A stretch of DNA of 64,000 nucleotides from Candidatus Kerfeldbacteria bacterium (GCA_016214565.1 JACROE010000002.1:920007-984006), one strand, 5' to 3'; positions 54,509 to 64,000 are shown, counted from the first letter of the stretch. Numbers and translations are program-made. Notes: a model not told the origin generated them from the letters alone.

Positions 54509-56398
54509 CTAGAGCAGAGAGCTTGGGTCGCGGTCAATAATCCAATTGTCCGGTATTGCGTTTAGGACGGTATCGACCACTGGGTGAGGCGCGTCCGTGT
54601 CGAACCTGATCACTACATACATCTGCCAAAAAGCATGTTGATACGGTTTGAGTGGCGTGACAAGCGATACACTGAGGGGAAGCTGGTTAAGCTGACGATA
54701 CAGTCGCTGAGCCTCGCTCAGCGCTACTTTTTTGTCACGATGTTTATATATTAATTTGATAAGTGAGCCAAACGGGGGGTATCCCAGTTTTTTACGAGCC
54801 TCCAGCTCAGTCGTATAAAATTCGTTATCAGCGTGGTTAATTATTTTTTGAAATACAAAATGTTCGTGATTATAAGTTTGAATGATACATGTAGCCGGGT
54901 ATTGAATAAGAGATTTAATAAATTGCCACGTTCGTTCCACAGCACGGTAGTCCGGCAAATATAAAAAAGTGTCGGCATCAATAATACCAATTAAGGTGGG
55001 TGTAAAGTTCGGAATAAGCCTGGCGGTGCTACTAGTCCCTATGAGTATGTCAATTCCCTTTGTATCTTCGAGTATTTCACTGTCAGCGTCTACACGGACG
55101 ACCCGTGCCAAGGGGAACTTTTTCTTAATGTGTGTTTCCACCGATTGCGTTCCATAACCGACTGTTTTCAGATTCGTGCCACGGCAGGTGCTGCAAAAAG
55201 GTGGAATCTCGGCTCGTTTGAGACAGTGGTGGCAATACAATTCTTGCGATTTCTCGTGATAGGTGTAGGCATTTGAGCAAACGGGGCATCGGAGCGTGGT
55301 GCCGCAGTCTTGGCACATCATTGCATTAGCAGATCCTCGCTTGTTGATGATAAGTAATATTTTACAATGAGATGATAATGATTGAGAAATTGATTCTTCA
55401 AGTTTTTCCGAAAGCATTGAATAATTTTTTCGCTTGCGCTCATCTCGCATGTCGACTAGTTCAATAGGGGCAGGCCGACGTTCTGAGTTTTTGAGATAAA
55501 AATGATCGGATCGTGGCGTTTGATAAAATGCAGCAACTTGGGGGGCGGGTGATACGAATACAAGCTGAGTCTGATATATGTCTCTACATTTTTCGGCAAG
55601 TGTTCGAACGTCATAACGAGGATTTTGATCAGCCTGTTTGTGATTTTGATTTTCTTCTTCATCAATGATAATTCGATGAAGTGAGTGCAATGGTAAAAAA
55701 ATGGCTGATTTGGTCCCGATAATAATTGCGTTAGAGTTATTCTTTATTTGCTCCCAAATACGAAAGAGTTCGTTATTGCTTAATAAGCCATGTACAACTA
55801 TGCAATCATCATGCCTGTCAGCAGGGAGCATAGAGAGTAATTCATTTATTTTTTCTCGGGTAGGAACGATGATAAGTTGCAAGCCTTTTTTTTCGGAAAA
55901 TATTTTGCAATACAAAGATTGGTACTCCTTATACGACTGGGGCATAATTAACAGCGTGCTTTCCCGTGAGGCTAATGCGCGGGTCAGAGCAGGTGATAAT
56001 GGCATTGTTGGAACTGGGCGTGGAATAATAATCAATTTTTTTGAAACCGAATGTCGTTGCGGGGGGAGTGGCGGCAGCATTGATTTTACGATTGTGCCGA
56101 GTGAAATAGAATAGTACTGAGCCATCCAATCCGCCAAAGTAATCTGTTCTTTGCTTAAAACCGCTGTATTCGTAATGACGTCAATAATAGATTTGATATG
56201 TTTTCCCTCGATACCACGTTTTTTTAATCGAATAACAATCCCTTCGCGGGTTTGTGAACGAAATGGTATTCGAACCATACTCCCGGAAACAATACGATGC
56301 TCAAGTGACGGAGGTATAGTGTAGTCAAAAATTCCCAAGTGCTTGGGAAATCGTTGTGACAAAATTACTTCGGCATACATATGAGTATATTGTACCAT
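54509..56398 (-). CDS. priA: primosomal protein N-prime (PriA) homolog with degenerate ATPase motifs
   Basis: PriA zinc-finger cluster CQDCGTTLRCPVCSN...CHHC...CSTCRG and collinear helicase-core segments (IIVPTREKI, IIIGTKSAIF, IIIDEEE), but the Walker A position reads LLIMPQSYKEYQSLY instead of GxxGxGKT and DEAH reads DEEE. Confidence 0.7.
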   Translation of the reverse strand: MVQYTHMYAEVILSQRFPKHLGIFDYTIPPSLEHRIVSGSMVRIPFRSQTREGIVIRLKKRGIEGKHIKSIIDVITNTAVLSKEQITLADWMAQYYSISLGTIVKSMLPPLPPQRHSVSKKLIIIPRPVPTMPLSPALTRALASRESTLLIMPQSYKEYQSLYCKIFSEKKGLQLIIVPTREKINELLSMLPADRHDDCIVVHGLLSNNELFRIWEQIKNNSNAIIIGTKSAIFLPLHSLHRIIIDEEENQNHKQADQNPRYDVRTLAEKCRDIYQTQLVFVSPAPQVAAFYQTPRSDHFYLKNSERRPAPIELVDMRDERKRKNYSMLSEKLEESISQSLSSHCKILLIINKRGSANAMMCQDCGTTLRCPVCSNAYTYHEKSQELYCHHCLKRAEIPPFCSTCRGTNLKTVGYGTQSVETHIKKKFPLARVVRVDADSEILEDTKGIDILIGTSSTARLIPNFTPTLIGIIDADTFLYLPDYRAVERTWQFIKSLIQYPATCIIQTYNHEHFVFQKIINHADNEFYTTELEARKKLGYPPFGSLIKLIYKHRDKKVALSEAQRLYRQLNQLPLSVSLVTPLKPYQHAFWQMYVVIRFDTDAPHPVVDTVLNAIPDNWIIDRDPSSLL

Positions 56399-56470
56399 GC
56401 AACGTAACTATCAAAAAGCGCCCAAATTCGCGGTTGGACGCTCGTGTAATCGTAATGAATACGTCTGAAA

Positions 56471-57163
56471 TTAAAGGTTTTTAAGCAAGGCTCTAGAAAA
56501 AGTGTACTCTGGCTGAATTAATCGAGCAGGCATCGGCACGTGCAGTTTAACGTGAAGCCAATTAGCTAATGAATTTAAGGCTACATAGCTGACCGCGGTG
56601 CCTGCCGTAAATATCATACGCTCTATAAAGACAATAGGAATTAAAGCAATCCAAACCTCGGCTGAGAGGTTTAATGCGTATAGGAAGGTAACGCCTCCAA
56701 TCGCATGGGCGGTAAATGTTGCGCCCAAACTGTTTAATACCAGGCTTCGTTTTGCAAAAATTGCAACGACAGGAATCAGCCAATACAATGCATAGTACCA
56801 GGCTTGGCGCCCTTCGGGGTGCATGATAAAGAGTGCCATGCAGATAAGCGGAATGAGAGCGATAATGAATTTTGATCGTCGGGCACCGAAATACAGTGCA
56901 GCCATGGCTAGCGGAAATAATCGAATAATAGTAATGGTATCAAGTGCCTGGTTGGTGCTGAATGCGTGAACGAGCTTAACAATAATGACGGTCGCTGCGC
57001 CCCAGCCAGAACCAATAAACGCTCCAAGTGTGGGTGCCGTTAGATCAAAAAGTGTAAAATGCTGATTTCCAGTAGCAATGATTTGTGATACTGGCAAGCT
57101 CAAAAAAAGTAAACCAAGCGTGGCTCCCAGCAGAAGGGCGATAATTTTTTTTTGTAAAACCAT
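56471..57163 (-). CDS. hypothetical polytopic membrane protein (possibly an ECF-transporter S-component-like protein)
   Basis: 230 aa, about 6 TM helices, no soluble domain. Confidence 0.4.
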   Translation of the reverse strand: MVLQKKIIALLLGATLGLLFLSLPVSQIIATGNQHFTLFDLTAPTLGAFIGSGWGAATVIIVKLVHAFSTNQALDTITIIRLFPLAMAALYFGARRSKFIIALIPLICMALFIMHPEGRQAWYYALYWLIPVVAIFAKRSLVLNSLGATFTAHAIGGVTFLYALNLSAEVWIALIPIVFIERMIFTAGTAVSYVALNSLANWLHVKLHVPMPARLIQPEYTFSRALLKNL

Positions 57164-57168
57164 AGTAA

Positions 57169-57966
57169 TTAAACTTTAAAATCAATAGTTAAATATCCCA
57201 CTCCCATCGGTGCTTCGTATGAGAGTACCTGTGGATGATACGATAAATTTCCCAAAATGCCAAGTAGCATGATAATCGGTTTTAAACCGCATTCACCCGC
57301 ATCATCGATAAACTCAGGTTCTAAGTTCAAAAGCGACTCAGTATCTCGGTTGAGCAAAGAAGTTCGAATTTTTTCATCAAATTTTTCCGCCCAATTTGAT
57401 TTCCCTCCTGGCGAGTCTTCACTCAAGCGATGTGATAGATCCCCTGAAGCAATTATTGCAATACGCTTTTGATCATTGAGTATGTCATCCCGTAGTGCGG
57501 AGGTGAATTGAAAGTGTTCGCGCAACGTTTTTTGACTGGGATAGCAGGGAACCAGTAATGGTTTTTTCTTTTTCTTTGGAAATTCATTATACATTAAATA
57601 GGTAGGGACACCGATTCCGTGATCAAGTGTTGGTTGGCTTTGGAGCATGACCGGTTGAGTAGATTCGACCAATTCTTTGTAATGATGAACATGGGCAATA
57701 TCACCAGAAACGGAAAGACGTGTTTCTAAATCACCGAACTCTTTGAATTGAATGTCGAAGGTGGGCGCCTGATTGAAAGTAAAAGCGTCGGGATTGATTT
57801 GTCCGTGTGGGGAAATGATTATGATTGTATCCGGTTTTGCCGCGGCAAGTTTTTTCCCCAGGTGCGAAATGTTGGCAATTGTTTCACTGATAAATCGCAC
57901 GTACTCACCTCCAATTTTTGGAATAGCGAGTGGCGGGTGGGGGGTAAGTGCAGCAAATACAATCAT
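57169..57966 (-). CDS. class III extradiol dioxygenase family protein (LigB/YgiD-like)
   Basis: FAALTPHPPL, TIIIISPHG, IAIIASGDLSHRL correspond to the conserved His/metal-site segments of E. coli YgiD. Confidence 0.7.
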   Translation of the reverse strand: MIVFAALTPHPPLAIPKIGGEYVRFISETIANISHLGKKLAAAKPDTIIIISPHGQINPDAFTFNQAPTFDIQFKEFGDLETRLSVSGDIAHVHHYKELVESTQPVMLQSQPTLDHGIGVPTYLMYNEFPKKKKKPLLVPCYPSQKTLREHFQFTSALRDDILNDQKRIAIIASGDLSHRLSEDSPGGKSNWAEKFDEKIRTSLLNRDTESLLNLEPEFIDDAGECGLKPIIMLLGILGNLSYHPQVLSYEAPMGVGYLTIDFKV

Positions 57967-57969
57967 GGA

Positions 57970-59373
57970 TTACTTAACGTTTAATTTCGGTCCTTCAGGA
58001 TGGAGAAATACTGATTTATCCGTGGTTCGAATAAGGTTTTTCCACTTCAAGCCAAGCGTTTCCATGACTTCAGGTGAGGCAATCCCGCGCCGCTGACCAT
58101 TAGAAATGTAGTAGACACCATTTGAGCCGGGAGACGTAACTAATTCACCGTCCTTAAAAAGAATTGGGTCACCCGCCGCGTATTCACGGATGGTGGCCTC
58201 TTCAACGATGACAGGACGTCGGGTAGGAAATCGATTTTGTAAAATTTCACGGGACACAATGGCATGTCTAATACCATTTTCGACATATGTAATACCACCG
58301 GACTCCTTTGACTGCAATAATACGCCAGTCGGGTAAATACTTTGCATATTAATATTCTGACCCCGGGTGTACGACGTCAGGTCTCCTTCAGGCGCATTTA
58401 CAACTTCCTCTGGGTTAAAACCAATTTTTCGAAACACGTCGGGCGATTCGATGTATCGTTTAAGATCTCCATCAATCAACCAAACTCTGCCCGTATTCTG
58501 TGATCGTATCAGAGAATAGTTTGCAAATTTAATTGGCTCTCCATTGGGATACAGTTCAAGCGTGGTACGAGAGACAATAATAATGCGCGTCGGATCAAAA
58601 CGCGAAACGAGCGCCGATCGATTCATGATAGGGCGTTTTTTACCACTCTGAATAAAGTATACTCCTTGTTCACCCTGCGCTTGAAGCAAGGAACCGTCAG
58701 GATAAACCTTTGTAAACCATTCGTTAAAGAAACGCCACACATTATAATTACCGTTGTAGACGTGAGGGGTATAGGTGTAGAGTCCGGCAGTTGCTTTATT
58801 GACAGGGGTAACTAAATATCCATCTCCGGTTCTTTTGGTGATGCCGGGACCCCAGCCGGTAAATGTGTACCCCCGTGATTCAATATCGGGTAAATAGCTT
58901 TCACGGAAACGGCGAGCTGCCCAATTAACTTGGCTAAAAAATCCTTTGTATTTTATAACGGCCGGGTCGGTTACTGAGCAGCTGTCACACACTCCAAAAC
59001 CCGTCGCCCAGTCGAGCTGACGCTGCGTGGGACTGGCAGTGGTAATGAGGCTTTGCTCTACTTGCATCCGGACAATGAGATACTGTGGATTGATGCGCCA
59101 GTAGCGTGCTGCATCGTAAATAATTTGTGCGGCAGATTTTTGTGCTCCAGCTACGTCTGTCGTGGCATAACGGGCTAAGCCACTACCTTTTAATTCAAGA
59201 AAACGCTGAATTTGACTGACGGTCATGGTAAGCGAATTTTCCAACTCATTGTCCGTCAGTATCATGTTGTAATTGAAGGTTGCAGCAAAGGCGGCCTGGG
59301 GTAGGCTCAAGAGTGGGGTAAGCACTAGCATAAAGGCTAGCGCTATGATGAGACGCGGTGTGCGTTTTTTCAT
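57970..59373 (-). CDS. secreted protein with about four tandem ~50-aa repeats
   Basis: signal peptide; repeated unit G-x-Y-(Y/F)-I-x-x-G-x-R-x-x-I...F (for example NGVYYISNGQRRGIASPEV, QGVYFIQSGKKRPIMNRS, GITYVENGIRHAIVSRE). Confidence 0.45.
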   Translation of the reverse strand: MKKRTPRLIIALAFMLVLTPLLSLPQAAFAATFNYNMILTDNELENSLTMTVSQIQRFLELKGSGLARYATTDVAGAQKSAAQIIYDAARYWRINPQYLIVRMQVEQSLITTASPTQRQLDWATGFGVCDSCSVTDPAVIKYKGFFSQVNWAARRFRESYLPDIESRGYTFTGWGPGITKRTGDGYLVTPVNKATAGLYTYTPHVYNGNYNVWRFFNEWFTKVYPDGSLLQAQGEQGVYFIQSGKKRPIMNRSALVSRFDPTRIIIVSRTTLELYPNGEPIKFANYSLIRSQNTGRVWLIDGDLKRYIESPDVFRKIGFNPEEVVNAPEGDLTSYTRGQNINMQSIYPTGVLLQSKESGGITYVENGIRHAIVSREILQNRFPTRRPVIVEEATIREYAAGDPILFKDGELVTSPGSNGVYYISNGQRRGIASPEVMETLGLKWKNLIRTTDKSVFLHPEGPKLNVK

Positions 59374-59459
59374 AGTTTTGAAATTTTATTCTAGCATATT
59401 TTTTAATGCCTGGGAAGCCCTATCGGTGTCTTTAAAAAAAGGTGTATACTTAGTACCAT

Positions 59460-60206
59460 ATGAGGTTTTCAATACTAGGTGTTCCCGTGGACAATCTAAC
59501 CGTCGTCGAGCTCAAAGAGCGAGTTCGACAATTAGGCGACGACCGGCTGCCGCATCATATTGTTACGGTAAATCCGGAATTTATTATGGCAGCCCAGCAT
59601 GATACTGAATTTCGCTCGATATTAAATCGGGCGGATTTATCCGTTGCTGATGGATTTGGCATTTCTTTGGCTGCACGACGCCTCGGTCAGCGGTTACAAG
59701 GGCGATGGACCGGTGTCGATATGATGATTTTTTTGTGCGAATTAGCAGCGTCGCAAAATCGTTCAGTGTTTCTTTTGGGAGCACAGCCGGGAGTGGCAGA
59801 AAAAACAGCGGCGGAACTTCATCGCCGTTTTCCGGGACTTCACATTGTTGGTGCTGAATCGGGATTTCGACACTGGCATCGGCCATTTCCACTCGAAAAA
59901 ATAATTGATCAGATCAATCGGAAAAGACCTGATTATTTGTTTGTGGCCTTTGGTCAGGTTAAGCAGGAAAAATGGATATACCAAGCCCTCCCCAAATTAA
60001 ACAGTGTCAAAATAGCGGTTGGCGTAGGCGGTGCTTTTGATTATGTATCTGGGAAAATACGTCGCGCACCGCGTTGGATGCGGGCGGTTGGCTTAGAGTG
60101 GTTGTTCCGACTTTTCCGACAGCCGTGGCGGGCATCTCGAATTTTTACTGCTGTTGTGCGCTTTGGTCTCACTGTGTTACGATCAGCGCATCATCATTCA
60201 TCTTAG
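59460..60206 (+). CDS. WecB/TagA/CpsF-family glycosyltransferase
   Basis: ILGVPVDNLT...VTVNPEFIM...LNRADLSVADGFGI and the C-terminal WLFRL segment typical of the family. Confidence 0.8.
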   Translation: MRFSILGVPVDNLTVVELKERVRQLGDDRLPHHIVTVNPEFIMAAQHDTEFRSILNRADLSVADGFGISLAARRLGQRLQGRWTGVDMMIFLCELAASQNRSVFLLGAQPGVAEKTAAELHRRFPGLHIVGAESGFRHWHRPFPLEKIIDQINRKRPDYLFVAFGQVKQEKWIYQALPKLNSVKIAVGVGGAFDYVSGKIRRAPRWMRAVGLEWLFRLFRQPWRASRIFTAVVRFGLTVLRSAHHHSS

Positions 60207-60211
60207 TTTTT

Positions 60212-61921
60212 ATGTACCGTCGAACCATCGTCGTAAGCCTCGCAATACTCCTCACATTATTTGTGGTGACACATAGTGTGCAGGCAGAGCAGATTTCATC
60301 ATTTGAGGTAAATATTTCAATCGAGCCATCCAGCGTTATGATGGTCACCGAAAAGATTACGTATGATTTTGGCGATGGGCAGCGACATGGAATTTTTCGT
60401 GATATTCCGTATGCCTACTCTCGCTCGGGAAATGCATACAAATTGCGATTGGCCATAGTGAGCGTGACTGATGAATTGGGACAGTCTGAGCCGTATGCAT
60501 TGAGCCGAAGTGGAGGTATGCTCCATATTAAGATTGGTGATCCCGAGACACTGGTGAGCGGGGAACAGACATATCAAATTTCGTATACTGTTGAACGAGC
60601 CATTAATTATTTCGGTGATCATGATGAGCTGTATTGGAATGTGACTGGCAACGATTGGCCAGTCGGGATTGAGGCTGCTGTGGCACGCATTACGCTTTCT
60701 CGGGGTTTAACCGATGATCAACGATTAACTCAGTGCTTTACCGGACCAATCAATAGCACTGAGTCAAACTGCCATAGCATATTTTTCGATGAGTATACGG
60801 CAGTATACACCAGCGACACGCTATTGAGCCCCTATGAAGGATTAACAATTGTTCTGGGGTGGCCGGGCGGCATTACTACGCCGCCGACAACAGCGCAGCG
60901 TCTGATTTGGTTTGTGCAGGATAATTGGGCAGTAGCTATTCCCATCATTGTGTTAATTGGTATGTATACTGTGTGGTATCGCCGTGGCCGCGATCCGCTT
61001 GGTCAAAAAACGATTATACCTCAATATGAAGCACCTGATCGTTTGTCAGCCGGCTTAGTCGGTACTATTGTAGACGAAAAAGCTCAACTAAGAGACATAT
61101 CAGCTGCATTGATTCAATTGGCAGTCAAGGGATATCTTAAGATTATTCGCCACGAAGACAAGAAATTTATCGGCACTAACGTTGATTATGAATTTGTGCG
61201 GTTACGCATTCCCGATTCGACCTTAGGTCAATATGAACAGGATATACTTAATGCTTTATTTGCTGAGGGGACGCAGCGTCGACTTAAAGATTTAAAAAAT
61301 AAGTTTTATCGCGATTTACCAAAAATTAAAAAGTCGATGTATGCACAACTGACAACTGAAGGATATTTCCCGGCGAGTCCCGATAATGTCCGCAATGTAT
61401 ACAGTGGTATCGCTGGGTTAATTGTCGTCATTGGTTTTAGCATTATTTTCTTTAATAGCGCAGTGGCTGGTATTATGACCGCCATCTCCGGCGTTATCGC
61501 ATTGTTTGTCGCTCAGCACATGCCGCGAAAAACTAAAAAAGGTGTACAAGCCTTCGAGCATATTCAGGGACTTACGTGGTTTCTCAAAGTGACTGAAAAA
61601 GAACGATTGAAATTTCACAATGCGCCAGAGCGTTCTCCTAAGCAATTTGAATCGCTCTTACCCTATGCCATGGCACTCGGGGTAGAAACGCAATGGGCTA
61701 ACCAATTTGCTGATTTGTACGTAACTCCGCCAGAGTGGTATAGCGGCGGTCCAACTAACCATTTTAGTGCTTTATTTTTAATTGGAAGTTTGCAATCCAT
61801 GTCGAGCGATTTTCGTTCTGTAGCGGTCAGCCGGCCATCAAGTGCTGGCTCGGGCGGTTCTGGCTTTGGAGGTGGTTTTTCAGGTGGCGGTTTTGGCGGC
61901 GGCGGGGGAGGCAGCTGGTAA
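60212..61921 (+). CDS. DUF2207-family membrane protein with Gly-rich C-terminus
   Basis: signal peptide; extracellular domain; 3 TM helices; terminal GSGGSGFGGGFSGGGFGGGGGGSW; start set to the ATG at 60212 to avoid overlap. Confidence 0.7.
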   Translation: MYRRTIVVSLAILLTLFVVTHSVQAEQISSFEVNISIEPSSVMMVTEKITYDFGDGQRHGIFRDIPYAYSRSGNAYKLRLAIVSVTDELGQSEPYALSRSGGMLHIKIGDPETLVSGEQTYQISYTVERAINYFGDHDELYWNVTGNDWPVGIEAAVARITLSRGLTDDQRLTQCFTGPINSTESNCHSIFFDEYTAVYTSDTLLSPYEGLTIVLGWPGGITTPPTTAQRLIWFVQDNWAVAIPIIVLIGMYTVWYRRGRDPLGQKTIIPQYEAPDRLSAGLVGTIVDEKAQLRDISAALIQLAVKGYLKIIRHEDKKFIGTNVDYEFVRLRIPDSTLGQYEQDILNALFAEGTQRRLKDLKNKFYRDLPKIKKSMYAQLTTEGYFPASPDNVRNVYSGIAGLIVVIGFSIIFFNSAVAGIMTAISGVIALFVAQHMPRKTKKGVQAFEHIQGLTWFLKVTEKERLKFHNAPERSPKQFESLLPYAMALGVETQWANQFADLYVTPPEWYSGGPTNHFSALFLIGSLQSMSSDFRSVAVSRPSSAGSGGSGFGGGFSGGGFGGGGGGSW

Positions 61922-61942
61922 TTATTTTTGGCTAACTATTCA

Positions 61943-61976
61943 ATACCCCTCCTTGACAGGCGGGGTATTTTGATTT
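61943..61976 (+). terminator. rho-independent terminator
   Basis: atacccc-loop-ggggtat followed by tttgattt. Confidence 0.6.
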
Positions 61977-62076
61977 ATTATACTTGGCTGGATGATGGTT
62001 CTTTGACTCTTTAGACAAGCGACTGATACTCAAGGGCCATATTGGCCGAATTGATTAATTATTAATCGAAACGGCC

Positions 62077-62274
62077 ATGGATTTTTCCCCTGAGTTCATG
62101 GTCGCGTTTGGAGGTATTCTCCTTCTTTTTTCGCTTCGGCGAAATCGACGGTCAGCTCCGACGCGACGACGTGGCATGGTCGCACTCTCGGCACTCCTGG
62201 TGGAGACATTGATACTCTTCGTGGGTATCGCTTCATTTGTGCTGGGTGTTGTTTCACTCATGCCTCGTTTATAA
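62077..62274 (+). CDS. small hypothetical membrane protein
   Basis: 65 aa with two hydrophobic segments bracketing RRNRRSAPTRRRG; flanked by terminators. Confidence 0.25.
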   Translation: MDFSPEFMVAFGGILLLFSLRRNRRSAPTRRRGMVALSALLVETLILFVGIASFVLGVVSLMPRL

Positions 62275-62280
62275 AGTTTA

Positions 62281-62318
62281 GCCGGCATTCACTTTTGTGA
62301 ATTGCCGGCTTTCTTTTT
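62281..62318 (+). terminator. rho-independent terminator
   Basis: gccggcattcac-tttt-gtgaattgccggc followed by tttcttttt. Confidence 0.7.
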
Positions 62319-62361
62319 CCCCTGAGTTGTCAAATAGTCACCACTCTAGTAGCATATAGAT

Positions 62362-62832
62362 ATGCTCGACATTCTCATAATTTCAGTAGGGACTATCAAA
62401 GAACCCTTCTGGCAGAAAGCCATTGAGGAGTATTTGAAGCGGCTGCGAAGCCATGCTCGGATTAGCGTGATTGAGGTGCCCGAAGAGCGCATTTCATCGG
62501 TGGCTGACCGCGAGCGCATTCTCAAGATTGAAGCAGAAGGTATACTGACAAAAATACCCAAGGACACCTTTGTTGTTGCGCTTGATCGGGCAGGGAAAAT
62601 GTTTAATTCAAGGGAATGGGCCGATCAGCTGAATATCTGGTCTCGGTTTGGCAAGCGGCTAACGTTTATTATCGGTGGACCGCTTGGACTAGCGCCGAGT
62701 GTGCTAGAAAAATCAGCCGTAACGTTATCGCTGGCAAAAATGACATTTACGCACCAGATGTCCCGCGTTATTTTGCTTGAGCAAATTTACCGCGCGAGCA
62801 TGATTTCAAGCGGTGGCCAGTATCATTATTAA
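62362..62832 (+). CDS. rlmH: 23S rRNA (pseudouridine1915-N3)-methyltransferase RlmH
   Basis: SPOUT fold; VVALDRAGKMFNSREWA...FIIGGPLGL...QMSRVILLEQIYRA. Confidence 0.85.
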   Translation: MLDILIISVGTIKEPFWQKAIEEYLKRLRSHARISVIEVPEERISSVADRERILKIEAEGILTKIPKDTFVVALDRAGKMFNSREWADQLNIWSRFGKRLTFIIGGPLGLAPSVLEKSAVTLSLAKMTFTHQMSRVILLEQIYRASMISSGGQYHY

Positions 62833-63777
62833 TTGTATAGTATGAATCAGGTTGCTACTATTCTGATCATGTTCGCTGCATTTCTGTGGAGTACCGATGC
62901 ACTGCTGCGACTACCTTTGACCGAGCATCTCTCAAGTCAAGTTATTGTTTTTTATGAACATCTGTTTGGGGTGGTGCTTTTGCTACCAGTTTTATTATTT
63001 AGTTTAAGAAAGTATCGGAATCTGTCACGGCGCGATTGGGTAGCGATTTTGTTTATTGGCATTGGTGGGTCCGCCTTAGCTACCGTTTTGTTTACTCAAT
63101 CTTTTAATTATGTTTCTCCGTCAGTAAGCATTTTATTACAAAAAGTTCAACCAATTATTGTTATTATATTAGCAGCGGCATTTCTTCGTGAACGAATGGG
63201 AAAATTTTTTTGGCTTTGGGCTGGATTAGCCATGGTTGGTGCGTACGTAATTTCCTTTCCTCGTCTTGTACCTGATTGGTCATTATCAGATTCTCGTGGA
63301 ATTTATTTAGCGCTGGGAGCGGCTGGACTGTGGGCCGCATCCACGGTAGCAGGGCGAATGATTGCTACTCGGCTCAGCTTTCCTGCACTTACCGCTATTC
63401 GGTTATTAACTGCTTTGGTTTTTTTAATCCTACTTATGAATTTTAATCACTCTTTTGGAGATATTGGCTCATTGCAGAAAACAGACGTTTGGTCGCTTAT
63501 TTTGATAACTTTATTTCCCGGTACAGGCGCGTTGCTATTATATTACTGGGGTTTACGACACATTCGTGCGTCGGTAGCAACCATTGCTGAATTATTTTTT
63601 CCGTTTTCAGCTGTTGTTCTTAATTGGATATATTTAGACGAGCGGTTAAGCCTGGCCCAGATAGCCGGAGGGGTTGTGCTGGTAATTTCAATTTTTATGG
63701 TACAGCGATCAAGTCGTCATGCTTATTCCGTATCAACCTCGGCTAACGACAATTCTCAGAAAGTATTGCCCGTATGA
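62833..63777 (+). CDS. EamA/DMT-family transporter
   Basis: 10 TM helices in two EamA repeats; starts 1 nt after the rlmH stop. Confidence 0.7.
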   Translation: MYSMNQVATILIMFAAFLWSTDALLRLPLTEHLSSQVIVFYEHLFGVVLLLPVLLFSLRKYRNLSRRDWVAILFIGIGGSALATVLFTQSFNYVSPSVSILLQKVQPIIVIILAAAFLRERMGKFFWLWAGLAMVGAYVISFPRLVPDWSLSDSRGIYLALGAAGLWAASTVAGRMIATRLSFPALTAIRLLTALVFLILLMNFNHSFGDIGSLQKTDVWSLILITLFPGTGALLLYYWGLRHIRASVATIAELFFPFSAVVLNWIYLDERLSLAQIAGGVVLVISIFMVQRSSRHAYSVSTSANDNSQKVLPV

Positions 63778-64000
63778 TTAAGGGTGCATTTGGTTTTTTG
63801 CGATATTCATTTATATGAATGTGTTTTTAAAATTATTTTTAATAATTCTCATATTAGCGAGCCTTGGGGGTGCCGTTCTCTTAATTTACCAAGGCCAACC
63901 TTTGCCGCTCCTTAATCGGGTTATCACGATACCATTTTTGGAGAAGGATCCGGAGCGTATATTAAGCGAATCAATTCGATTGCTAGAAGAAGCAACTACA

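Overview
This 64-kb window is gene-dense (about 75 CDS and 3 tRNAs) and reads like a small-genome bacterium. GC is about 45% by eye (not computed), many genes are translationally coupled through ATGA/TAATG overlaps, and Shine-Dalgarno signals are weak. No rRNA, CRISPR array, transposase or integrase was seen. In order, the window holds: several polytopic membrane proteins; an operon of four prepilin-like genes, one fused to an LVIVD beta-propeller; two ECF sigma / anti-sigma-like pairs; a CapA metallophosphatase; an AI-2E transporter and an MFS-like transporter; a CobW-family GTPase; a PGRP-type amidase; an AlkD-like DNA repair protein; an Lpd-family flavoprotein; GreA; a tandem zinc-ribbon/RGG protein; GIY-YIG, DUF167 and cupin proteins; DinB; YhhQ; a methyltransferase; and EamA transporters. 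It also holds a compact [NiFe] hydrogenase module (large subunit, NuoB-like small subunit, putative maturation protease). Further genes are FtsB, a parvulin PPIase, tRNA-Thr/Gly, an RlpA-DD-carboxypeptidase fusion, a MacB-like ABC pair plus FtsEX, tRNA-Gln, class Ia NrdAB, a sensor kinase, a pentose-phosphate cluster (rpiB-rpe-tal-tkt-PfkB kinase), glycosyltransferases, priA-def-fmt, a LigB-like dioxygenase and rlmH. The most unusual items are the minimal hydrogenase module, the pilin-LVIVD fusion, a GC-rich tandem hairpin-repeat locus with its own terminators next to small unknown ORFs (23.3-23.9 kb), a PriA with a degenerate ATPase core, a cupredoxin fold that has lost all copper ligands, and a duplicated zinc-ribbon RGG protein. 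All functional calls are motif-based readings of the translated ORFs; no database search was possible.
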